Assembly (NCBI GenBank): GCA_051252135.1
Contig: JBPOGH010000020.1
Span: 15,499-79,498, forward strand
Direction: 5' to 3'
Source: Verrucomicrobiaceae bacterium
Lineage (GTDB): Bacteria > Verrucomicrobiota > Verrucomicrobiia > Verrucomicrobiales > Akkermansiaceae
DNA length: 64,000 nt
In this document: positions 50,424-59,900 of the stretch, piece by piece
Layout: every line of letters begins with the position of its first letter
Position numbering within the stretch: the stretch's first letter is position 1
Made by a program: the position numbers and the translations under genes
Notes under the pieces: model-generated
What the model saw: the letters and a program-made list of their open reading frames with translations, nothing else
The model's database searches: none
Told to the model about the DNA's origin: nothing

Positions 50424-51887
50424 CTAGGAGACCTCCGGAAGAGGCGGAATCTTCCCTTCCCTCTCGAGACGTTCCGCGAGTTCGGCTCTCATGAGTGGCT
50501 TCGCCAGCACCTGTGAAATCTGTCCATCTTCTTCTTCGTTTCCCATGACGGAACGCTCCAACTCTTTGAGCTCCTCCGGTGTCATGGATGACATGGTTTG
50601 TCTTACCCACTCCTCCCGGATCGCCTGGATTTGCATGTACTCGACTTTCCTCTGTCGTTTTTCAATTTCCGCTTCTTTGGTCGCCACTTCTTTTTTCTTT
50701 TTCTCGTCGGCAACTTGCTCCCTCTCCTCGGGGGATTTGTAATCTTCGGGGGGATCCCACGATTCGCGAATTGACTTCGAGAGCCAGGCTCCGGGGTTTT
50801 TGGTAGGTCCCCTCCCCTGCGCGACGAGGAATTTGAATTCGTCAATTTTCTGGGCGATATGTTCCTCGGGGAATTCGGTGACGAGTTTGGAAGCCACTCC
50901 CTTGCTTACCCCAAAATCGATAAGCTTGGCCTCGTGAACGCTGACCGGTGATACCTCCATGGGGAGGTTTTCCTGTGTTGTGGTTTTTTCAAAGATGACA
51001 TCCCATTGTCCAACCGAGCGTTTGATGTAACGAAGCTTCGGGTTCAGCGGTTTGATGAAGCCCTGTTGTTCGAGTTTGGAGATGGCCGGTTGGAGTGCTT
51101 GCTTGAGATGGCCGGTTTGACTGTCGCGGGATAATCCCAGTTTTTCGCAGCAGAGCACTTTGAGGTCGTACTTGAGTCGGCTCCTTCGGTGGAAGTGTTT
51201 TCCGAGGTATCGGTAAAGCGCTTTGGCAAGCGGATGCTTCAGTGCCCGATATTCCGAGAAGTCGATGTTGCGAAGATAGCCGGCCTGGAAATTCCGGTGG
51301 ATGTTTTCATTCCAGGTGATGGTCACCTCCCCTGCCCTGCCCGCTACCGGTCCACCATGGACCTGGAGTGTTTGGATAAAGTTGATGGCAACCGAAGGTC
51401 TCCATTCTTCGTCCTGTTTGTCGAAAAACGAGAAGTTGAAATTGTACGTTGTGTTCGTGAGGCGATGGAGGGAATCCCAGATTCGTTTGTAGGTGCGACC
51501 ATCCGTTTTCAATCCGAGGATTTTCGCGAGATGATATCGGGTGAATGTGATTTGGGTGGGCCAATCGTCACCCTGCCTTTGGAGGTTGGTGAGCTGGAGG
51601 ACTCCGAAGAGAATCTCTTCATCGTAATAGGTTGGGAGGCCATAGGTTTCAGAGCCTTCGATCAGGACCGTTCTTTTGATGTTTGCGCCTGTTTTACTAT
51701 CCCGGATGATGTCGGTGTATGAGATTGAATTGCCAGTGCGTGAAGAGTCCTTCCCCGGGACTCCCAGTGGGAATTCGGCGAAGGTCAGTTCGTCTTTTCC
51801 CTTGTCGTAGATTTCCAGCTCGGTGTCGGCAAAGAATGCAAGCTGCTCGTTTTTGGAATCATCCATTGAAGTAAAAGGCACCATCAA
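50424..51887 (-). CDS. repA: Plasmid replication initiator protein A (RPA-like family)
   Basis: 'GKDELTFAEFP', 'YGLPTYYDEEI', 'FTRYHLAKILG..DGRTYKRI..SL.RL', 'AKALYRYLGK' and C-terminal 'KNPGAWL..SIRE.W' fit this family as I recall it. It lies next to iterons and parA. An alternative start is ATG 51866. Confidence 0.8.
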   Translation of the reverse strand: MMVPFTSMDDSKNEQLAFFADTELEIYDKGKDELTFAEFPLGVPGKDSSRTGNSISYTDIIRDSKTGANIKRTVLIEGSETYGLPTYYDEEILFGVLQLTNLQRQGDDWPTQITFTRYHLAKILGLKTDGRTYKRIWDSLHRLTNTTYNFNFSFFDKQDEEWRPSVAINFIQTLQVHGGPVAGRAGEVTITWNENIHRNFQAGYLRNIDFSEYRALKHPLAKALYRYLGKHFHRRSRLKYDLKVLCCEKLGLSRDSQTGHLKQALQPAISKLEQQGFIKPLNPKLRYIKRSVGQWDVIFEKTTTQENLPMEVSPVSVHEAKLIDFGVSKGVASKLVTEFPEEHIAQKIDEFKFLVAQGRGPTKNPGAWLSKSIRESWDPPEDYKSPEEREQVADEKKKKEVATKEAEIEKRQRKVEYMQIQAIREEWVRQTMSSMTPEELKELERSVMGNEEEDGQISQVLAKPLMRAELAERLEREGKIPPLPEVS

Positions 51888-51984
51888 ACAGCCTGGGGCT
51901 GTGTTGAAAGGTTAAATAACATACATGTTTAAAAGGTTGTGAGTCCTGAAACCCTTATGGGAGCTTGGGTTACGGGGCAATTTT

Positions 51985-52559
51985 GTCGCCTATTTCACGA
52001 TATAGCATCGGCTATAACACGATAGTCTCCTTAGCTTTTATCGGGTATAACACGATAAACAGTCGGAGATTTCACGTTCATCGAAGGAAAACATCGGGAG
52101 TTTCACGAAAGTGGGTTTTTGTCATCCATTTCACGATAAGCAGAGGAGTGATTTTGGTCAATCCCCGGCTGTTTCGTGTGATTGGGCCCCTTCTTGTGGG
52201 ATTGACTGTGGGTTATCGTGAAATAGCGGATAAATGTTTTCACGTTGGTTAAGATGTCCGTAGATCATGGGTTTGGGAACATCTGAGGGATTGCTTTAAC
52301 TGCCTTTACCTGCCTGGAATGATGGCTGATTTCGATTTTTTGGGGTGAGGCTAGCGGTGGTTTGGGTTGTTAATGCCCCACGAGTATCGTGTTTTGACGG
52401 ATGTTTTTCGGGCGGGATATCGTGAAATGGGTGATGAAAATGAAAGGTTGTTGATAGAACAGGGGTTGTGGGACCTTCGGAGACATCAAGGTTACGGGCC
52501 GATCCCCCCTATTTCAGAAAAGCTTGCAATATTGCAAGCTTGCAAGCTTTCGTGAAATA
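51985..52559. repeat. Iteron array / putative replication origin
   Basis: Six direct 18-mers of approximate consensus RTCGGNTATWWCACGATA start at 51985, 52007, 52040, 52062, 52093 and 52121. Inverted cores lie at 52214 (TATCGTGAAATA), 52385, 52418 and 52548. An AT-rich tract sits at about 51905-51940. Confidence 0.8.
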
Positions 52560-52615
52560 AAGAACGTTTGCAAGCAAGCATGAACATACGTAAGCACTCA
52601 AGAACACATGCAAGC
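52521..52615. promoter_or_regulatory. Putative parS centromere / par operator (TGCAAGC repeats)
   Basis: A perfect 20-bp palindrome AGCTTGCAATATTGCAAGCT (52521-52540), plus TGCAAGC at 52541, 52569 and 52609, directly upstream of parA. Confidence 0.6.
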
Positions 52616-52659
52616 GTATTTCTATTGCGAGAAGATCAACGAAGGTTTACAAAGCGGGC

Positions 52660-53301
52660 ATGTTGATCGGCGTGGTTAATCAGAAGGGCGGTGTCGGGAA
52701 GAGCACCATTACAGTTCATATCGCGGTGAGTCTCTACGAAGGGGGATCCAAGGTGGCGGTGGTGGATGCGGATTCGCAGAGTTCCTCAACGGAATGGCTC
52801 CGCGAGGCCCAGCCGGAAATCGATTGTTATCAGTGGCAGACCGCAGAGGAAATTTTGAACGGCATTGCTGAGATCCGGGACCAGTATGACGTCATCATGT
52901 TGGATGGACCGGCCGGTCTGAATGAAGCGACGAAGACCATTATGGTACTCTCGGATGGAATTATGATTCCTTGCTTACCATCGGCGATTGATTTGCGCGC
53001 GTTGGAAGAGGCTCTTCGAGTGGCAGCTGAAGTTCAGGCTACGCGACCCGGAGGGCTTCCCGTGGTCCGTCTGATTCCGAATCGTCTCCAACGTCGTTAT
53101 CGGCTTTCCCAGGAATTGCTTTTTGCGCTCGATGATGCCGAGGTTTTGACATCGACCGGACTGAGTCTTTTGTCAGCCTATGCGGATGCCGCCGGACAGG
53201 GGACGGTGGTGTGGCGACTCGGGAGTGCGGGTGCCAAAGCGGCCCGGGAAATTGAGCGCTTGTTCAATGAGATTGTGGGCGATGAAGACGTTCGCGCGTG
53301 A
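52660..53301 (+). CDS. parA: ParA-family partition ATPase (short, type Ib)
   Basis: Deviant Walker A 'NQKGGVGKST', 'VVDADSQ' and 'MLDGPA'; 213 aa with no N-terminal HTH. Confidence 0.92.
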   Translation: MLIGVVNQKGGVGKSTITVHIAVSLYEGGSKVAVVDADSQSSSTEWLREAQPEIDCYQWQTAEEILNGIAEIRDQYDVIMLDGPAGLNEATKTIMVLSDGIMIPCLPSAIDLRALEEALRVAAEVQATRPGGLPVVRLIPNRLQRRYRLSQELLFALDDAEVLTSTGLSLLSAYADAAGQGTVVWRLGSAGAKAAREIERLFNEIVGDEDVRA

Positions 53302-53330
53302 TCCAAAACCAACACGAAAAAACCAGGACG

Positions 53331-53780
53331 ATGGCCAAAGAAAGAAAACCACTCAGCCTAAAAGGGTTCACTCCGCAGCAAGCCGAAATTGTGAAGAGGC
53401 AGGAGATGCCGCGGGTGACCCGGTTGGACAAAGAGAAGGAGGCTCCCGAAGAGGAATCGGTCAGAGAGGTCCCGCCGTCGAAACCGGAGATCGTGGAGCC
53501 AGATCCCGAAGTAAAAGTTGAGCAACCGAAGGAAGAGTTGAAGGCACCCGCTCCTCCCAAAAAAAAGCCAAAAAGATCCGGCCCGGCCAAAGTTCCACCA
53601 TCGCCTGTCCACGACGAAATGGAACCGGTTAGTACCCGGACCTATCGATTGCCGATTTCATTAATCGAGCGCCTGCAGATGATTTCCTTAAAACGCAAGG
53701 TGGGTAAAATCCGTCCCAACTCGCAGCAGGATCTATTGGCGCAGGCTCTCACGGAATGGCTGGATAAGAACGAGATCTAA
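53331..53780 (+). CDS. Putative centromere-binding partition protein (disordered N-terminus, C-terminal ribbon-helix-helix)
   Basis: Follows parA. ATG 53331 comes after AGGA (alternative GTG 53298). A Pro/Glu/Lys-rich linker leads to 'TRTYRLPISLIERLQMIS...SQQDLLAQALTEWL'. Confidence 0.7.
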   Translation: MAKERKPLSLKGFTPQQAEIVKRQEMPRVTRLDKEKEAPEEESVREVPPSKPEIVEPDPEVKVEQPKEELKAPAPPKKKPKRSGPAKVPPSPVHDEMEPVSTRTYRLPISLIERLQMISLKRKVGKIRPNSQQDLLAQALTEWLDKNEI

Positions 53781-53993
53781 GTTTGAGCGAACGAGAGAGG
53801 ATCCAGAGGTCGCGGGATCTTCCTTATGGCAGATGCGGGCGATCACCGAGCGGGTGGATTGGTCACACGCCTCCCTTCCCAACCTTCTTAAGGTACTAAG
53901 GTCTTGGAGGACTTTTTCCTTAATAAGAGTTGACTAAGATTTTATGCTTAGTTTCTTGCCGAAAAGGGTCGAACTAGTCACTAGTAGTCCTGA

Positions 53994-56900
53994 GTGTTTA
54001 CGCCCCGCAAAGAACCATCACGAGATTCGCCCCATCGCAGGGTCGATATTTCTGCTGGATATGCGGTGGAACAACTGGAGCCGAAGATTCTTCTTTCTGC
54101 TGCTCCCATCGATGCTCCAGCCGAAGCATACGGACTATCTCCGCTATCCGCTGTTGATTCTTCCGCGCTTGATGAAGTTCGATTTACCGACGTCATGGAA
54201 GCGGAAATGGGGTCGGAGTTTTTCACCCAGGATGAGGACGATCAGAATCTCCTCGGTGCGGGAACGGATTTTGAATGGGGTGATGAGGTGATCAAGGAGG
54301 AGCCCATTGTCATCGAAGAAGGGCAGAGACTTTCCGGTTCCGGGAAATCAGATAAGGACCTTGTGGTGGACGGAGTGTTCGCTCCCGGCAACAGCCCGGG
54401 TTTGGTTGAGGTTGATGATTTTGAAAACAACGGCGTCCTTGAAATCGAACTCGCCGGCACTGCTGCCGAAGATTTCGATCGGGTCATTGCAAGCGGCGGA
54501 GCGAAGCTCGGGGGCACTTTGAAAGTTTCTCTGATCGATGGCTTTGAGCCCGAGGTGGGAGACGAGTTTCAATTCCTGACCTTCGCAATGCGTGAGGGAG
54601 ATTTTGATTCGATCGAGGGTCTGCAGTTGAGCGATACTCTCGCCCTCGTTCCTTTTTCGACTAATTCGGGTTACATTCTGAAGGCAGTCGGAATTGGCGG
54701 GCAGGCCATCGTGGAGCTTGCCGGAGATGCCCGGTTGGTCATCGATGCCGGAAGTGAGGCACTTAATGATTTGGTCGAGGATGCCATCACGGCCCGTCAG
54801 GACCTTTCGCTTTTCTCGGTCACTGATTTCTTCGGTTCCATTACTTTGGGCTCCACACAGCTCAGCGGTGATTTTGCGGTAGCGGTCGATGGTGACCAGG
54901 TTGTCTTTGCACTTAATAACGGAACCTTGTTGGCCGATGCCAATGCGGACGGAGCCCTCTTTGGTGGTGAGGAAGCCGGGCTTCGAGTTCTGGATGTCAA
55001 TGGGGTCTTCGTCTTCAACCCGACTACACAGGGATTTGTTTTGTCGGCTTCGGGTGATGTGAATGTTTACGGATCGGACCTTGAGCTTGGCGGAAGCGTT
55101 TCGGTGACGTGGAATACGACCGGACAGGATCTGATCAGCGAAGTATATACTGCCGGTTCCACATCGGTCACGGTGACCGCGGTCAACGGAGATGCGTTCC
55201 TGAGCGGTGACAATATTACTCTCGAGACCGAGGTCGCGAATCTGGTCTTCGACTTTTCGATCGCACTTTCGACCACGGCCCAGCCCGGATTGAGCATCAC
55301 GATTAATGACGGCTCTCTTGTCTTTTCCGACTCACCACGAACCAACGTGGCGATCACCGCGGTCAATGGGTCACTCGACATTTCTGAAAATGGGGACACT
55401 TCGGTGACACTCGGCGGGGTCTTGAACGCGGATCTGGTAGGCTTTGATGTCACCAATGCGGCTGTCGAAGTGAGCTATCTTTCGGTGGATGGAGCGCGGC
55501 AGTTTTCGGTTCAGACCACTGAGCGCGTCGCGGTGGCCATTCAGTCGAATGCCGGAGAGGCAAAAATCAGATTCTTTGCGGAGGCTCACACGAGCGGGGG
55601 AGTGGAGTTCATTTTTGCCTTCCAGGAACTTTCCCTGGTGACAAGCGAGGCTTCACTGATTGATGCGAGTGGAGTCCTTATAGGAAATGTTGATGGGGTT
55701 GCCGGTGAGCTTTATGGCACGGCGACGGTTCAGGCCGGATCGGCGTTTGCCGCCGGAGCCCGAATCCAGATTCGATTCAACACGACCGATCAGGAAATTT
55801 CCCGAACCCTTCCCTTTGGTGACGGTCAGGTGACGATCAATTTCGGGGCTGCCGAGGCCTCCCAGAACTTTTTTGAGGTGACGGTGATCTCGGCCTTTTT
55901 CCAAATAGGAGATCGGATTCAGTATCGGGGACCGGTTTCCTTTAGCACGGAAATGATCACCCTTGGCGGGATTGATCACGAGGTAGAGATCATCGCTGAT
56001 GGTGGAGTTGAATTTTTCCTCGCTACCGATTCTCTCACTCCGGGAGTCTGGGGTCTTGATCTTGATGCCTCTGGAATTTCGGTGGCCAATGCCACCGTGT
56101 TGATTCTGCGATTCACGGAATCCGACACCTACACCGTGATCGTGAGCGGAGATTTTGCGGCTCAGAATCTTGGGGGTGTTACTCTTTCGGGATCAGGTCG
56201 TCTCGAGTTGAACCAATCCGGGCTCGTGATTGACACGGTGCTTGAGCGCAATGGCAATCCTGCTGACGGAACCCGCCTGTTTTTTCCTACCGGCTCATCC
56301 GACCTCAAGGTCGATTTCGGAGCGCTGAATCTGGTGATCGATAATCAGACGGTCTCAGGCGCAGCGACAATCACGACGACTCCGGATTCACTCGAGGTGC
56401 AATTAAGTCAGGTTCAGGCAAACTTTGCGGTGGGCTCCGGCACTCTTGGTCTGCGTGATGGATCAGGAGATATTACTTTCGCGAATGATGCCGTTTATGG
56501 CGGTGTGACCGGAACGATCGTTTCCTCAGGATTTGCGGACTTTTCATTCTCCGGAACATTTACCGCGGAGTTCAATTCCGGTGCAGAAACCCAAAGTTAC
56601 GTCCGGGGACCGAACACCATCTCGCTTCCAGGCGGACCATTTGTTCGTCTTTCGGGTTACGGTTTGAGGATCACGACCCAGGGAGAGTCCATTACGGGAG
56701 ACTTTGTTTTTGAAACGGGATCGATTGACCAGGCAACCGGAGTGGCCTCATCCGGTGCCGGAAATGTCGGAGATGAGGAAATTCTCATCGGATTTGCGGA
56801 TAACATCCGCCTCTCGACGGCCGGGCTGGAGGTGGGCCAGATGGATCTTTCCGGGGTGGTCGTGGTGTCTGAAAACTTCCTCGCAACCCAACTTTCAGGT

Positions 56901-59900
56901 TCTTTCCGTTACACTGAAAATGAGATCCGAATCGAGGGAGACCTCGATCTCGATATCAACACCCGGATCACGGATGTCATTGTCACGTCCCAGCTGAGCG
57001 GCGAGACACTGACGATCACTGCGGGTCCGCGTTTTGACCTCCGCGCAGTTGATTTCCTCATCGATCTTCGGGCTGCTACGCTTCAGGGAAGTTTCACTTT
57101 GAGCACTTCGCTCGTCGACGGCCTGCCACTTTTGAATTTCGACTTCACGGGTCTCACCATTGATTTTGGAGGCCTCGCTGACGCTCCGCTTCTCCAGCTC
57201 TCGGTTCCCTCCGGAAACTTCGGGGTTTATAATGGTGGCATCTTTGGCGACCTTTCCGGGCTGAGTGTCACCGGCGGATCGCTGGAACTTTCCGGACTGC
57301 TCGACTTCCAGTTCAATACCCTGCCATTCGATCTGGGTGGAATCTCCACAGGTGATTTTAGTCTTAGCGGCCCCAATTTGGATCTCACTTTGGGCACCCT
57401 GGACTTCAGTGGGGAGATCGACTTTAGCCTCATCAAGTCCGGCCTGTCTGATTTCTTCGACGGTATTGAGCTTCCGGATCCTCCTGCTTTTGAGGGACTG
57501 GAAATTGGATTTGCCAACGTCGACCTTGCCCTTCCAGGAGGGGTGGGGAATGTGAGTGGGGTGACCGGCGGTCTCGTGCTCCGCCGTTTTGGGTTCGCGG
57601 GGCAGTTGAGCGGAGCAGTGGATATCGACACTCCGGACCTGGACTTCTCCGGCACTTCCACTCTCAAGATCAACACCTTCAATAAGGCGCTGTTCGCTTC
57701 TCTGGAAATTGCCGGGGACAATGTGACCCTGGATATGCCCAAGGGGCCGTTCTTCTCGATCGACTTCGAGGATACTGCGCTCACCCTTTTGGGCGCTTCT
57801 CTGACCGGTGATCTTTCCCTGATTCTTTCCGCCGGTCTCACCTCGGATGGGATTGGCGAGTTACTTATTGCCGCATCGGATTTAAACATCCAGGCCGGGC
57901 TCGGAACAGCGACCTACAATCTGACAAATCTCAGTGGGTTGCTCTTTGTCGACAGCCTTGGTGTTTCCGCTTCCTTCTCGGGCGGGATGTCGTTGACCGG
58001 AATTCCTGACGTCAATTTTGCGATTGGGGATGCGGAAGTGGAGTTCAGCACCCGTGGTCAATCGTTGACCAAAGTGTTCCAGAATCGCCAATATCAGTTC
58101 CGCGCAGCCAACTATTTTGAGATGGAGACAAGTGGCGTGGATGTCACCTTGGACAGCAATTCGGTTCGCGGAGATTTCCTCTTTAGCTTTGATCCTTCCG
58201 GTGGACTTGATACGCCGGAAATGATCGGAGGAGTGGCCAATGCCGAAGTGTCCATCGGACCAAATGGGGAGGCGAAAATCAGCAGTGGGTCCGGAGCGTT
58301 TGTGCTTACCGACGCCGGGTTGGCACTCGGGTTCTCCGGTGAACTTGCCTTAACTCTTCCAGACATTTCCGCCTCGGGAGTCTTTTCGGCGGATATCAAC
58401 ACCACTGCGGATGCGATCACCCGGAGTATCGTGGTGGGGTCCAAGACAATTGTGTTGGACCTTGCGGGAGGGCCGCTTGTTGGCATCGCGGGACAGGATG
58501 TTTCACTTACTGTTGCGGACCAAATGATCAGCGGTGACTTTGTGATTCAATCCCGTGCGAACGGGGATCTGATCATTTCGGTCGATGAGGCGAGCACCAT
58601 CATTAGCGATGGCACTACGGATTTCCTCCAGATTGATAGCGGGGCAGGGGCGATTATTTCGACCGCGAACGGAGCGGCATTTGATCTTTCCGGTTCGCTT
58701 AGTGTTCTTCTCCCGAATGTTTCCGCATCCGGCACTTTCCGGGTTCTGGTCAACAGCCTGCCAACGGCAGTGAACGAAACAGTGACTGTCCGTGACGTCA
58801 CCCGTTCGATCCAGATTCGAGCCGGGCCGGTGGTGAACGTGATTGGTGTAAATTCCCAAGTCACGATCGGGGAGCAAACCCTCCAGGGTGGATTCTCCTT
58901 TGAAACTCTCCAAAGTGGAGGCCTCGCTATCGAGGTGATCTCCGCAAGCCTGTTCCTTACGGCCAATGGTTCGACCTTGGTCAATATCTCAGGAGCCAAT
59001 GGTGATCTTATTGCGGATGCCAATGGAACCGACGGCGTTCTCACCGTCGGAAATGCTGTCTTCAATGTTCCTGGCATTTCCGTTTCCTCCAGCACGATTG
59101 GTGTGGAGTTGAATACTCGCGCTTCCGCAGTCGACCGGATCGCCCATCTCGACGGTCGCACGGTCACTTTAAAACTTCCCGCCGGCCCCTTCGTTCGGGT
59201 ATCCGCTCTCGATGCTTCCATCATCTTTTCGGGCTTGAGTGCTTCCGGAGCCGCTGCGGAGTTGAGTGGAAACTTCTTCTTTGAGAAATCAGGAGCCGAT
59301 CTCGTTCTTGCGGCTTCGTCCGTCACTGCAGCCGTGGATGTCAATGGAACCGGCGGTGAGCTAACCGATGGTGAAGGTGCCTTCGTCCTCCGTCAGGATG
59401 GCCTCGCCGGAATTCTAAAAGGATCACTTGCTTTGGCTGTTCCCGGAGTGGATGCGGGAGCTGAAATTTTCCTCCGTATTAATAATACCGGTGGCGCCGT
59501 TTCCGAAACCATCACTTTGGGCGCAGATGAACTGGAGATTTCCTTCTCAGCCAGCGAAGGCAATGTCTTCACGGTCATTCTTTCAGACGTGAGTCTCACA
59601 ATCGGAGGCTTCATCTTCATTGAAGGTTCCTTCAGCTTCACCAACAGCGGAGACCGTCAGGTGGTCGGAGCGACCGGGGTGGACATCTTCATCGGAGAGG
59701 GGCCACGCTCTCTCGAAGATGGGTCATTGAATCCATTGGCACGTGGGTTCCACTTATCGAACGCGACCTTTGGACTGGTGAAGTTCACCAATGGCTCGAT
59801 TGAGAACTATGCTCTTCAGGCCACCGGAACAGTTTCGGTGATCGGGATCGATGGCTTCACACTTGGTGGCAGCGTTACTCTTCGTTTCAACTCATTCCAG

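Larger units (their letters stand above)
48036..53780. mobile_element. Plasmid / secondary-replicon backbone (resolvase, TA, rep, ori, par)
   Basis: A tyrosine recombinase with its inverted-repeat site, a VapBC-like pair, a RepA-like initiator divergent from parA, an iteron array and an RHH partner are all clustered here. No chromosomal housekeeping gene is seen in the window. Confidence 0.85.

Noticed and set aside
49170..52303. Shared 11-mer GCTTTAACTGC at 49170 and 52293
   Set aside because: Only two short copies, which could be chance; no function can be supported.
51965..52555. Small ORFs 51965-52252 and 52367-52555, and a possible CRISPR reading of the repeats
   Set aside because: They lie on the iteron array. 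The repeats are degenerate 18-mers with 4-15 bp gaps, and there are no cas genes.
53944..54291. 115-aa ORF in the track
   Set aside because: It is an alternative frame over the LEPRxLL-containing start of the giant gene.
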